Shown here one piece after another: positions 1 to 9,282 of a DNA stretch of 64,000 nt. Position 1 is the stretch's first letter. Each line of letters starts with the position of its first letter. The stretch comes from a bacterium (lineage in GTDB: Bacteria; UBA8248): contig CBDBEV010000001.1 in the NCBI GenBank assembly GCA_965204535.1, positions 2,432,001 through 2,496,000 of the forward strand. The letters run 5' to 3'. Under the pieces are notes generated by a model, which saw only the letters and a list, made by a program, of their open reading frames with translations, was not told the DNA's origin and ran no database searches. The translations under genes and the position numbers were made by a program.

Positions 1-1
1 C

Positions 2-100
2 ATTCTGGGGATGAAGCCCACGACGCTTCAGAGCCGGATGAAGAAGCTGGGCATCGAGCCCCGCCGCGAGTTCAGGAGAGTGAACGGCAAGGCGAAATGA
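2..100 (+). CDS. 3' end of sigma54-dependent Fis-family activator (FhlA-like), truncated by window start
   Basis: Frame 2 reads ILGMKPTTLQSRMKKLGIEPR...K*, the C-terminal HTH signature of FhlA/HyfR-like enhancer-binding proteins. Confidence 0.75.
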   Translation: MLGMKPTTLQSRMKKLGIEPRREFRRVNGKAK

Positions 101-134
101 ATCATTGCTCAAGATATGAGGCGCAAGGAGAAAT

Positions 135-869
135 TTGATGGATAGAGCGATTTGGGCGATGTGGTACGACCTGCCCGAGGCGGGGGCGAACGAGTACATC
201 GCATGGCTGCACGAGGTACATCTGCCCGAGATGCTGGAGCGCACGGGCTTCCTTTGGGCGGCGCACGTGGACAACGACAAGAGCGAGGAGCGAAAAGAGA
301 ACGTGAACAGGCGTCTCACGCACACCGGCGACCCTGCTGTTCCGACCGGCAACGGGTATCTGATGCTTTTCGGCGCCGAGAGCGTCCACACGTTTCTGAA
401 TCCCTCTCCTGCGCACCTGGCCGAAAACTGGGGGCCCGATGAGCGCGAGATGCTGGGAATGCGCATAGGATGCCGCGAATGCGTATTTGTGGAGACGGGA
501 CGGATCGACGGCCCCGAGATTGCGCAGCGCGCGCCGGGCATCACGCCGGGCCCGAGAATCCAGATGGGGAGCTTCAACATCAATGCGCTCGTGAACGAAG
601 AGGGCATGGGCGCGTGGTACGTCCAGCTTCGCTTTCCCCGGATGCAGACGCTTGAGGGCTGCGTGGGAATGCGCAAGCTGGTTTCGGTATACGGCTGGGC
701 CAAGCACGCCGTGCTCTATGAGTTCGACCTGAACACTTCCGTCGAGCATTATTTCCAGAAAGAACTCGAGAGCGAGGAATGGTCGCGCGAAATGGTGGGC
801 AGCCTCGTGCATGCGCCTGGTTCGCCCAGCACGGGGCGGCGCATCTGGCCGCCGGTCGATTCGTCTTGA
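135..869 (+). CDS. Hypothetical protein with two EthD/DUF4286-like dimeric alpha-beta barrel halves
   Basis: AAGGAG RBS; repeated motif EYIAWLHEVHLPEMLERTGF / MGAWYVQLRFPRMQTLEGC. Confidence 0.55.
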   Translation: MMDRAIWAMWYDLPEAGANEYIAWLHEVHLPEMLERTGFLWAAHVDNDKSEERKENVNRRLTHTGDPAVPTGNGYLMLFGAESVHTFLNPSPAHLAENWGPDEREMLGMRIGCRECVFVETGRIDGPEIAQRAPGITPGPRIQMGSFNINALVNEEGMGAWYVQLRFPRMQTLEGCVGMRKLVSVYGWAKHAVLYEFDLNTSVEHYFQKELESEEWSREMVGSLVHAPGSPSTGRRIWPPVDSS

Positions 870-918
870 GGGGTCGCCGCCTTTCTCGCCCTGCGTAGTC
901 TTGGAACTTCCCCCTTTT

Positions 919-959
919 CCCTCACCCTGAGTAGCCGCCGAAGGCGGCGTATCGAAGGG
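919..959. repeat. REP-like hairpin
   Basis: CCCTGAGTAGCCGCCGAAGGCGGCGTATCGAAGGG with GCCGCC-GAA-GGCGGC stem. Confidence 0.55.
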
Positions 960-989
960 CGTCAAGGCGAGACCGCTGAGGGTCCTCGT

Positions 990-1277
990 GGGGCTGTTGA
1001 AAAAATCCTCCTGACAAAGGGGGTTGAACCCGACCGGGGCGGAAGGGTTCGCGGCAAGGGGGAATGGGGAGTTCGGGGGGAATCATGCTTCACGCGCCCC
1101 GCTCGCCCTTGCCCCGGCTTGAAAACCAACCCCCCCTACCCCCCTTATCAGGGGGGTATAAAGAGGCGATGCGCCCCCGCCGGGTTGAGGGGGTTTTGCT
1201 TTTTCTTGCCCCCCTGATAAGGGGGGTAGGGGGGGTTGCCTTTATCCCCCGACAAGGGGGACTTTTTCAATGGCCCC
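990..1277. mobile_element. MITE-like element (copy A) with internal REP doublet
   Basis: Ends GGGGCTGTTGAAAAA / TTTTTCAATGGCCCC, flanked by CGT(G) direct repeat; internal perfect 29-bp inverted repeat 1128-1156 / 1209-1237. Confidence 0.7.
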
Positions 1278-1305
1278 CGTGGCGGATTCCTGAAGCCTTA
1301 CAATG

Positions 1306-1344
1306 AAACCGCCGGAGCCTCGTGCGAGACCCCGGCGGTTTTTT
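1306..1344. terminator. Rho-independent terminator-like hairpin, possibly bidirectional
   Basis: AAACCGCCGG...CCGGCGGTTTTTT. Confidence 0.6.
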
Positions 1345-1518
1345 CTATGAAACTTACTTCTTCTTCACGCCGATGCCGGCGAAAATCTTCCCGAAGCGTT
1401 CGTACCCACGGCGATATATTTTCTCTTTATGGGAAATAATGTATCTTCATTGCTCGTTTCGCGCAATCAAGATGAGGAGGTCGGCTCCTCATCGGATTGC
1501 GTCTTTGAGGAGAGGGAT

Positions 1519-1956
1519 ATGTTCGAGACTACGCGCGGCGGCGTGGACGTGGGACTTTCCACGAGGAACATCGCCGCGATGAAAAAGTTCTACACCGAGG
1601 TGCTCGGCCTGGAAGAAGCGGCGGTTATCGACGTGCCGGGCGATTTCGTGCGCGCGGCGGGTTTCGCCAAAGGCGGCGTGAAGCTCCATGCTCTGAAATC
1701 GGGCGAGGTTTTGATAAAGCTGCTTGAGTTTCCCGATACGCCCGCCTCCACGGATGCGCTGGCGGATTCGGCGGCCGGGTTTCGCTACCTCACCTTCTGG
1801 GTGAAGGACATGGAGGCCGCCGTGGCGCACTTACGAGATGCGGGCGTGGAACTGCTCTCGGATATATTGTCCCGCGTGCCCGAGAGAAAGACGATTTTCT
1901 TCAAAGACCCCGACGGCAATCTGCTCGAACTCAACTGGGTGGACCCGGCGGTTTGA
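1519..1956 (+). CDS. VOC/glyoxalase family protein
   Basis: DVGL...FYTEVLGL, YLTFWV, FFKDPDGNLLEL; ATG after GAGGAG. Confidence 0.85.
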   Translation: MFETTRGGVDVGLSTRNIAAMKKFYTEVLGLEEAAVIDVPGDFVRAAGFAKGGVKLHALKSGEVLIKLLEFPDTPASTDALADSAAGFRYLTFWVKDMEAAVAHLRDAGVELLSDILSRVPERKTIFFKDPDGNLLELNWVDPAV

Positions 1957-2007
1957 GATAAAACGGATGCACAGGCTTTTTCAATCCATACCCAACAGGA
2001 GAAAGAA

Positions 2008-2391
2008 ATGAAGCTGACGTACGATCACATTCATTGCGTGCACACCGACGTGGACGAGGCGGTAGGTTTTTATGTGAACGTTTTCGGGGCGACCGAGACC
2101 AACCGCATCGACAGGGGCGGTGCACCGCAGGTCTATCTCGACGTGCACGGGACGAGCGTCATCATCCGCGGCAAGCGCGACGGCGAGGAACTGGCGGCGG
2201 GGCCTGGCGGCTGGCCGCGCTACAGCATCGACCACTATGCGTTCTGCGTGGAGGGAAAACTCGCCGATGCGGTCGCCGAGGTGCGCTCCAATGGCGGAAA
2301 CGTCGTCGCCGAAGGCGAGGCGGATGAGCTCTGGTTCGCCTACGTCGAAGGCCCCGACGGCGTCGTCGTCGAACTGATGGAGATGAAGTAG
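2008..2391 (+). CDS. VOC/glyoxalase family protein
   Basis: DHIH...FYVNVFG, DHYAF, YVEGPDGVVVEL. Confidence 0.85.
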   Translation: MKLTYDHIHCVHTDVDEAVGFYVNVFGATETNRIDRGGAPQVYLDVHGTSVIIRGKRDGEELAAGPGGWPRYSIDHYAFCVEGKLADAVAEVRSNGGNVVAEGEADELWFAYVEGPDGVVVELMEMK

Positions 2392-2431
2392 AAGACCGAC
2401 GCTGCAGCTGCGGGCGAGAGGGACATCCGGC

Positions 2432-3091
2432 ATGTTTCAGAGAATCTTTTTTGCGGCGGTCGTCTCGGGCGTGATCGCCGGGCTTTTCGCCACCGCGGTG
2501 CAATCACTTCAAGTCATCCCCCTGATATACGAAGCCGAAAAATACGAAAAGCGAGAACCCATCCCTCTCCCTCAAACCCACGAAGACCACGCGGATGAGG
2601 GAGGGGGCTTCTCGCGCCTCGCGCTCACCTTGGTCTCGAACGTCGTCTCGGGCGTCGGCTTCGCGCTCTTGCTCGTCGGTTGTTTCGCTCTTCACGGGAA
2701 CGTGGACTGGCGGCGGGGGATACTGTGGGGGGCGGGCGGATTCATCGTCTTCTCTCTCTCGCCCGCCATCGGATTGCCGCCCGAACTCCCCGGAATCGAC
2801 GCGGCCTCCCTGCCGCACAGGCAGCTCTGGTGGGTTCTCACAGCCGTGTCTACAGCAGCGGGACTTGCCCTGCTGGCCTTCAAGCCGGGAGTGTCCTTCA
2901 AGGCGCTGGGAGTCGGCCTCATCGTCTTGCCGCACATCATCGGCGCCCCCCACCCCGAAGCGGGCGGCGGGTTGGTTCCCCGGGCGCTTCTCAAGAGGTT
3001 CATCCTCACGGCGCTCATGGCTTCGGCCGCCTTCTGGGTGGTTCTGGGCCTTTGCGCGGGCTATTTCTTCAACCGCCTGAAGAGGGATTAA
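2432..3091 (+). CDS. cbtA: Putative cobalt transporter subunit CbtA
   Basis: PLIYEAEKYE, PAIGLPPELPG, RQLWW, PHIIGAP motifs; about 5 TM segments. Confidence 0.8.
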   Translation: MFQRIFFAAVVSGVIAGLFATAVQSLQVIPLIYEAEKYEKREPIPLPQTHEDHADEGGGFSRLALTLVSNVVSGVGFALLLVGCFALHGNVDWRRGILWGAGGFIVFSLSPAIGLPPELPGIDAASLPHRQLWWVLTAVSTAAGLALLAFKPGVSFKALGVGLIVLPHIIGAPHPEAGGGLVPRALLKRFILTALMASAAFWVVLGLCAGYFFNRLKRD

Positions 3092-3207
3092 TTCGATTTG
3101 AATGTCGGAGCGGCCGAGAAATTTGGCTCCCGCCGCGGATTCCTCGCCGAACGCCGAGACGCCCGCCGAGGAATCTTCGGAAAAGTCGCGACCGAAGCCG
3201 TGGCGTT

Positions 3208-3645
3208 TTAGGGAGGGGGTGCCTGGTTTTGTTTTTCGATGAGATGTCTGATGCCGGCGGACGCCTCACGAATGCCGGCGGACGCCTCGCGAATGCCGGC
3301 GCCGATGTCCGCGAGCATTTCGCCTTGCTGCCTGAACGCCTCACCTTGTTGTTTGAACGCCTCTCCTTGCTGCCGGAATGCCTCTCCTTGTTGCCGGAGC
3401 GTTTCCCCTTGTTGGCGGAGCGCTTCTTCCTGGCGTTTGGAATCCTCTCTGAACGCCTCCCTCTGTTGCCTGATCATTTCCTCCAGATTATCGAGGTGGC
3501 GGTTTCTTTCCTTCGACGCCTCCCGCATCTGTATCAATCCGGCCCGAATGAAATAGCACTGCGCAAAGGCGGCGCACATGATGGCCAGAGGCGTCAGGAA
3601 TACGCCCAGCACTTCGAGGATGGTGACGTCGTTGGGGACGCCCAT
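3208..3645 (-). CDS. Membrane-anchored coiled-coil heptad-repeat protein
   Basis: N-terminal hydrophobic helix, RQQGE(A/T)(F/L)-type heptads x5 and AGIREAS-type repeats; 21-bp DNA tandem repeats. Confidence 0.65.
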   Translation of the reverse strand: MGVPNDVTILEVLGVFLTPLAIMCAAFAQCYFIRAGLIQMREASKERNRHLDNLEEMIRQQREAFREDSKRQEEALRQQGETLRQQGEAFRQQGEAFKQQGEAFRQQGEMLADIGAGIREASAGIREASAGIRHLIEKQNQAPPP

Positions 3646-3801
3646 GGTTTCTCGATCCTTTCCCCTCGTGTGAATGACGGCGTCTGAATTGTAGGAGAAG
3701 CGCGAAGCGGCGGCAACCCCTTGGTCGCCTCGGCCCGGTCGTCTACGCCATTCACTGCCGCCGTCTTTCTCGTTTTCTCCGGCGAAAGACTCCGACAAGC
3801 T

Positions 3802-3837
3802 TTACGGCAAATCGTATAATTACGACATATCACATAA
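3802..3837. promoter_or_regulatory. Candidate upstream activator sites for the sigma54 promoter
   Basis: Tandem 18-mers TTACGGCAAATCGTATAA / TTACGACATATCACATAA (14/18 identical), about 85-120 bp upstream of the -24 element. Confidence 0.5.
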
Positions 3838-3922
3838 TCCTTACCTCTTTATTGACATCTCCTTTCAGCATCCGCTTCCCTAACCCCTTGTAAATTTAAT
3901 GGTTCGTTAGGTTTCTATGTTT

Positions 3923-3938
3923 TGGCACGAATTTTGCT
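3923..3938 (+). promoter_or_regulatory. Sigma54 (-24/-12) promoter
   Basis: TGGCACG-AATT-TTGCT matches the TGGCACG-N4-TTGC(A/T) consensus. Confidence 0.85.
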
Positions 3939-3995
3939 TGAAATATAGATAAGTAGTTTCCTGAGTACCGCAGTATGAGGGAAAGGAGGCGTGAG

Positions 3996-4196
3996 ATGGA
4001 ATTTCTCAAGATGTACGTGGTGGCGGGGCTTCCGGTTTTCTTCGTATTCGCCGCGATTTGGTGGTTCATGACCTCCAGCATCATCCATCAGCCTCAGGCG
4101 AAAACAGCGCAGACGAATGACGCCAGGATTGCCTTGGTCGAAACGAAACTGCTGGACGCCATTGACCCACAATTGGAATTGCGGAAAGCCGCCTAG
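3996..4196 (+). CDS. Small single-TM protein (66 aa)
   Basis: AAGGAGG RBS; TM segment YVVAGLPVFFVFAAIWWFM; ends RKAA. Confidence 0.65.
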   Translation: MEFLKMYVVAGLPVFFVFAAIWWFMTSSIIHQPQAKTAQTNDARIALVETKLLDAIDPQLELRKAA

Positions 4197-4233
4197 AAAC
4201 ATGGCTCAGGAATTCGGGAAACGGAGAGAAACG

Positions 4234-4704
4234 ATGTATGAGCGGATACTGATTCCACTGGACGGTTCGGAAGAGGCGGAAGCCGCCGCCCATGAGGTGG
4301 TTCACCTCTCGATGAACCCACAAGTCGTTCATCTGCAATTGGTGGAAAACGGGGTCATGCAGTCGAGGCAACTGGAGGGCTACACGATGTACGCCGATCA
4401 GATTCACGATGCGCGCAAGCGCTCGGGCGAGGCGTATCTGCAGCCCTTGCGTCGCAAGTTGGAAGCCAGGGGCCTGCGGGTCGAGGTTTCCGTGACGAGC
4501 GGCGACCCTTTGGGTGAGGTGATCGAGAGAGCCGGGAAATTGGACGCCGACCTCGTTCTCCTCGGCACCGGAGAGGGCGGATGGCTGAGGCGGCGCATCG
4601 GGCTGTCACACATCGCTCCGCGTCTGGCGAAGAGATTGCAAGCCCACGTCCTGCTGGTGCAGGTAGGGGCGAAACAGCAAGAGGCTCTCCAGAGAGCCGC
4701 ATAG
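4234..4704 (+). CDS. Universal stress protein (UspA family)
   Basis: MYERILIPLDGS, GDP...ADLVLLG motifs. Confidence 0.85.
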   Translation: MYERILIPLDGSEEAEAAAHEVVHLSMNPQVVHLQLVENGVMQSRQLEGYTMYADQIHDARKRSGEAYLQPLRRKLEARGLRVEVSVTSGDPLGEVIERAGKLDADLVLLGTGEGGWLRRRIGLSHIAPRLAKRLQAHVLLVQVGAKQQEALQRAA

Positions 4705-4885
4705 AAAATCCTGCCGTGGCCCAACCACTGGGCTGCGCCCCACATACCTCCCCCCTGGTGGCCCACGCCATCCGGCAAGGGGCCGCCGGGAGGGGAATCC
4801 TCACTTTCCATGATTCGAGTCGTTCCGAAGCCGGCGCACGGATGCTAGAATCTCGCTTCATCCATGATTCGCTAAGGAGTGAGCG

Positions 4886-5782
4886 TTGAGAATCGGTATC
4901 CTGTGTCGCGATGCGACCTTACACGGCGTGCGGAGAATTTCCGACTGCGCCAGGCGCAAGAAGCACCGGGTGCGCGTGCTGGACCCGTACCGCTTCCTGC
5001 TGAAGCTCAGCGAGGGAGAGATATCGCTCGAGTTTCGGGGCAAACCCTTCCCGGGAGCGGACGTATTTCTTCCGCGCCTGGGGGCGAACATATCCGAGCA
5101 TTCCCTGGCCCTCATCCGCCACCTGGAAGCCTCAGGCTCCTTGGTGATCAACAACTCGCGCGCGATCGAGACGGCGCGGGACAAGCTCCGCACGCTTCAG
5201 CTTCTGGCGCAACAAGGACTTCCGGTGCCCAAAACGGCGTTTGCGCCTGATCCGGCGTATCTTCGCGCCGCGCTCGACAGCGTGGGCGGTGCGCCCGTCG
5301 TCATGAAACTCCTGCGCGGCACGCATGGCAAGGGCGTCATGCGCGCCCACGACGTGGAAGAAGCGCAGGCCATCTCCGAGTTGATGTGGAACTTACAGCA
5401 CGACGCCATCGTCCAGGAATACGTCGAAGAAGTAAGGCGTGGGGATTTGCGAATTATCGTCGTCGGGGGCGAAGTGGCGGCCGCCGTGAGGAGGCGCGCC
5501 TCTCAGGATGAGTTTCGCACGAACCTGCATCGCGGCGGTTCCGTGCAGAAAGTCACCCCCACCCCGCGGGCCTCTGAACTCGCGAAAAGCGCCGCGAGGC
5601 TGTGCGGGCTCGAAATCGCGGGCGTCGACCTGCTGGAGACGAAAAGGGGGCCTCTGGTTCTGGAGGTGAACGCCGCTCCCGGCTTCGAAGGCGTGGAGCG
5701 CGCCGGCGGACCCGATGTGGCGCCCGTCATCATCGATCACGTCGAGCGGCGTTACGAGGGATGGAAGAAGAGAAAAACCTGA
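4886..5782 (+). CDS. RimK-family alpha-L-glutamate ligase (ATP-grasp)
   Basis: ARDKLRTLQLL, GTHGKGV, VQEYV, FRTNLHRGGS, EVNAAPGFEG. Confidence 0.9.
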   Translation: MRIGILCRDATLHGVRRISDCARRKKHRVRVLDPYRFLLKLSEGEISLEFRGKPFPGADVFLPRLGANISEHSLALIRHLEASGSLVINNSRAIETARDKLRTLQLLAQQGLPVPKTAFAPDPAYLRAALDSVGGAPVVMKLLRGTHGKGVMRAHDVEEAQAISELMWNLQHDAIVQEYVEEVRRGDLRIIVVGGEVAAAVRRRASQDEFRTNLHRGGSVQKVTPTPRASELAKSAARLCGLEIAGVDLLETKRGPLVLEVNAAPGFEGVERAGGPDVAPVIIDHVERRYEGWKKRKT

Positions 5783-5787
5783 ATCGT

Positions 5788-5816
5788 TTGCCGGTCTTTG
5801 CGCCCCGGCCTATAAT
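5788..5816 (+). promoter_or_regulatory. Sigma70-like promoter for proA
   Basis: TTGCCG-N17-TATAAT. Confidence 0.5.
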
Positions 5817-5855
5817 CCACAGCCGGTCTTGAAGGATTGATGAGGGAGACTCGAT

Positions 5856-7169
5856 TTGAGCGACATCGACGCCATATGCCTTGCGGCGAGGAGTGCCGCG
5901 CTCGCACTGGCGCCCTTGACGAACGAGGTGCGGAACCGCGCCTTGGCCGCCATGGCGGACGCGATTGACGAGAACTCAGGAGCTATCCTGGATTCGAACG
6001 CACAAGATGTGACCGCTGCGGAACCGCTCGTAGCGAGCGGTGAGATGTCCGAGCCTTTTCTGAGACGCCTGGAACTCGGCGAGCGCAAGGTGGCGCAGAT
6101 GGCGGACAGCGTACGCGCCGTGGCCGCCCTGTCCGATCCGCTGGGCGTGGCGCGGATGGCGACGCTCCTCGATGAGGAATTGACGCTCAGGCGGGTCACC
6201 TGTCCTTTGGGCGTGGTTGCCGCCGTGTTCGAGTCCCGTCCCGACGCGCTGGTGCAGATCGCCTCGCTTTGCCTGAAATCCGGCAACGCCGCCATCCTGA
6301 AAGGGGGCCGCGAGGCCGCGCACACGAATCGCTTTGTATGTGAGTTGCTCAGGGATGCGGCGTCTTCGACGGACGAGGTTCCCGCCGAGGCGCTTCAACT
6401 CGTCGAGGCGCGCGAAGACGTGCAGGCGCTCCTCTCGCGCGACGATGCGGTGGACCTGCTCATACCGCGCGGGAGCAACGAGTTCGTCCGCTACATCAAG
6501 GAGCACTCGAACATCCCGGTGCTGGGCCACGCGGACGGTATCTGCCATCTCTACGTGGATGCGGCGGCAGATACGGAGATGGCTGTTCGGCTGACGTTCG
6601 ACGCCAAGACGCAATACCCCGCCGTCTGCAACGCCATCGAGACGCTTTTGGTGCACGAGAAAAAAGCGGGCGAGTTCCTCCCCCGGGCTGCCGAGGCGCT
6701 TGCGGAGAAAGGAGTGGCCATCCGGGGCTGCGATGCCACGCGGGCGATTCTTGTGAGCGCGGGCGAGGCAACGGAGGAAGACTGGGAGACGGAGTATCTG
6801 GATATCATCCTCTCCGTCCGGGTGGTGGAATCCTTGGCCCAAGCCGTCGATCACATCAACCGCTACGGCTCGCGCCACACCGACGCCATCGTCACGGCGG
6901 ATGAGGCGGCGGCGCGGACGTTTCTCTCCAGAGTCGACGCCGCAAGCGTCATGTGGAACGCCTCCACGCGCCTGGCGGACGGCTTCCGCTACGGCTTCGG
7001 CGCCGAGGTGGGCATCGCCACGGACAAGATCCACGCGCGCGGCCCCGTGGGTCTCGAAGGCCTGGTGACCTATAAGTACCAACTCGAGGGAAACGGCCAT
7101 CTCGTCTCGGATTACGAGGGGGCCGATGCGCGTCCCTTCCTCCACCGCCCGATTCCCTTAAACGAATAG
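5856..7169 (+). CDS. proA: Gamma-glutamyl phosphate reductase
   Basis: PLGVVAAVFESRP, LKSGNAAILKGG, YPAVCNAIETLL, NASTRLADG, HARGPVGL. Confidence 0.95.
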   Translation: MSDIDAICLAARSAALALAPLTNEVRNRALAAMADAIDENSGAILDSNAQDVTAAEPLVASGEMSEPFLRRLELGERKVAQMADSVRAVAALSDPLGVARMATLLDEELTLRRVTCPLGVVAAVFESRPDALVQIASLCLKSGNAAILKGGREAAHTNRFVCELLRDAASSTDEVPAEALQLVEAREDVQALLSRDDAVDLLIPRGSNEFVRYIKEHSNIPVLGHADGICHLYVDAAADTEMAVRLTFDAKTQYPAVCNAIETLLVHEKKAGEFLPRAAEALAEKGVAIRGCDATRAILVSAGEATEEDWETEYLDIILSVRVVESLAQAVDHINRYGSRHTDAIVTADEAAARTFLSRVDAASVMWNASTRLADGFRYGFGAEVGIATDKIHARGPVGLEGLVTYKYQLEGNGHLVSDYEGADARPFLHRPIPLNE

Positions 7170-7182
7170 AGTTCTCCTAAGT

Positions 7183-7506
7183 TTGGGCAAGTGGGTTGTC
7201 GCCTCGTTCCTCGTTCTGGGCGGTGCGCTCGTCGTCTTTTTATTTATCTTCCAGAACCCCAAACAAGAAGAAACGATTCTCACCACGGGTGAAGGTGCTG
7301 CGATCTTCGCGCAGAACTGCGCCGCCTGCCACGGGGAGCGTGCCGAGGGCAGGCGTGAACTGGGAAACCCCCTGCGCGGCCGCGCGCTTCCTCTCGTCTA
7401 TATCAAAGAGGTCATCCGGCGGGGCAGGAACAGGATGCCTGCCCTGCCCCACATCCGGGGCGAGGCGCTCGAGAACGTGTCGAGATACGTGAATCGCCTG
7501 CCGTGA
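7183..7506 (+). CDS. Membrane-anchored monoheme cytochrome c
   Basis: N-terminal TM, CAACH heme motif, GRNRMPA distal Met. Confidence 0.85.
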   Translation: MGKWVVASFLVLGGALVVFLFIFQNPKQEETILTTGEGAAIFAQNCAACHGERAEGRRELGNPLRGRALPLVYIKEVIRRGRNRMPALPHIRGEALENVSRYVNRLP

Positions 7507-7535
7507 TTTCGAGGTGCTGGCTTTTTCTCTCGCCT

Positions 7536-8315
7536 TTATCCCTCGCTTCGCTCGGCGGTCCTCACCGCGAAAGTGAAGCAGATCCCACCAAAGATGATCA
7601 TGAGGAGTAGGGAGGGCCAGAGCCCCGGCAGGTTGGCCACGGCGTCCGGCGCGCTCAGGTAAAGCGTTCTCCTGAGAGCTGCCACGCCGTAGGTGAGCGG
7701 ATTCACCTGCATGACGAGGCCGATGAGCGGGTGCGCGCCCGCGACCGGAAATACCGCGCCCGATAGCAGCCACAAGGGGATGAGCAGGAGATTCATGATG
7801 GAGTGGAACCCCTGGGTGGATTCGATCCGCCAGGCGAGCAGCAGGCCGAGCGCGGTCAGCGCGAAGCCGATCAGGCCCATCACCAGCACCGAGGCGAGGG
7901 CGGCCTCCAAATTGAGCGGAACGCCCGCCAGGGGCGTAGCGATGAGCAGGAGGACGCCTTGCAGCAGCGCAAGCGTCGCCCCGCCCAAGACTTGCCCCAG
8001 CACGATGGCCGAACGTGGAACGGGGGCTGCGAGCACGCCCTGTAAGAAGCGCGCTTTTCTGTCGTCCACCACGGCGAATGTCGAGAAGATGGCCGTGAAG
8101 AGCACCACCATGGCGATGATGCCCGGGTAGAAGTATTCCAGGTAGTCCTCCCCCCCGCCTCCCGCGTAGCGGAAGTTTCGCCCGAAGCCGCTGCCCAGCA
8201 GGAGCCAGAACAGGATGGGCTGGCCGAACGCGCCGATGATGCGGCTGCGCTGGCGCCCGAAGCGCACGATCTCGCGCTGCCAGATCGTCCCCATGCAAAG
8301 GAGATAGGGCGTCAT
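7536..8315 (-). CDS. ABC-2 type exporter permease
   Basis: PGIIAM, LSGAVFP, NPLTYGV; about 6 TM. Confidence 0.9.
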   Translation of the reverse strand: MTPYLLCMGTIWQREIVRFGRQRSRIIGAFGQPILFWLLLGSGFGRNFRYAGGGGEDYLEYFYPGIIAMVVLFTAIFSTFAVVDDRKARFLQGVLAAPVPRSAIVLGQVLGGATLALLQGVLLLIATPLAGVPLNLEAALASVLVMGLIGFALTALGLLLAWRIESTQGFHSIMNLLLIPLWLLSGAVFPVAGAHPLIGLVMQVNPLTYGVAALRRTLYLSAPDAVANLPGLWPSLLLMIIFGGICFTFAVRTAERSEG

Positions 8316-9277
8316 GATTTCTGCGCCTCGGGGAGGTCTTCGTCCGCGTCGATGAAGCGCTTGCCCGTCTTGTTGATGAACACGTCCTCGAGCGTGGGCT
8401 TGCCCAGCGTAATGGAGCGCACCTCGCCGGGAAACGCCTCTGCGATTTTGGGTATGGCCGCGTGGGCGTCGTTCATCTCGGCGCGAAGCGACCCGTCCAC
8501 ACTCTTCACCTCACACGCGAACATCTCCTCCAGCTTCGCGCGCAGGGATTCGGGGTCTCCCGCCTCGATGGTGAGCACCTCGCCGCCCACTTCTTTTTTT
8601 AGCGCATCGGGCGCGCCGATGGCGACGAGGTCCCCCTCGTGGATGACGCCGACGCGATCCGCATGGTCGGCTTCTTCGATGAAGTGCGTGGTGAGCACGA
8701 CCGTGGTGTTCGTCTCGTTTCTCAGGCGCTTGAGTTCGTTTCTGAAATCGATTCTGGCGCCGGGGTCGAGGCCCGTGCTGGGTTCATCGAGAAACAATAT
8801 CTCGGGCCGGGGCAGGAGCGCCTTGGCGAGCTCCACCCTGCGTTGAAGCCCGCCCGAGAGGGTTTCGACATAATCCTTTTTCCTGTCGCTGATTCCGAAT
8901 TGCGCGAGGAGCGTGTCGGCTGCGTTTCGCAGGGTGCTCCCGAGCATCCCGTGCAGCCTCCCGTGGTGGATCATGTTCTCGAACACGGTGAGCTTGGGGT
9001 CCAGGCCGGGCTGCTGAAAGACGACGCCGATTCTCTTTCGCACCGCATGGGGCGCATCGCGCACCGAATGGCCGAAGACCTGCGCGTCGCCCGCGGTCGG
9101 GCGCATGAGGGTGGTGATTATGCGGAACAGGGTGGTCTTGCCGCCTCCGTTCGGGCCCAGGAGCGCGAATATCTCGCCCTCCGAAACCTCGAAGCGCACA
9201 TCCTTGAGCGCGACGCGGCTTCCGTAGCGGTGGGTGACGCCTTGGACGTCCAGGGCGGGTCCGAGGTCTGAGTTCAA
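8312..9277 (-). CDS. ABC-2 exporter ATP-binding protein
   Basis: GPNGGGKTT, LSGGLQRR, FLDEPSTGLD, PTLEDVF. Confidence 0.92.
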   Translation of the reverse strand: MNSDLGPALDVQGVTHRYGSRVALKDVRFEVSEGEIFALLGPNGGGKTTLFRIITTLMRPTAGDAQVFGHSVRDAPHAVRKRIGVVFQQPGLDPKLTVFENMIHHGRLHGMLGSTLRNAADTLLAQFGISDRKKDYVETLSGGLQRRVELAKALLPRPEILFLDEPSTGLDPGARIDFRNELKRLRNETNTTVVLTTHFIEEADHADRVGVIHEGDLVAIGAPDALKKEVGGEVLTIEAGDPESLRAKLEEMFACEVKSVDGSLRAEMNDAHAAIPKIAEAFPGEVRSITLGKPTLEDVFINKTGKRFIDADEDLPEAQKS

Positions 9278-9282
9278 TTCAA

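Noticed and set aside
1209-1237. Dedicated G-quadruplex element
   Set aside because: G-runs are explained by the REP inverted repeat; no independent support
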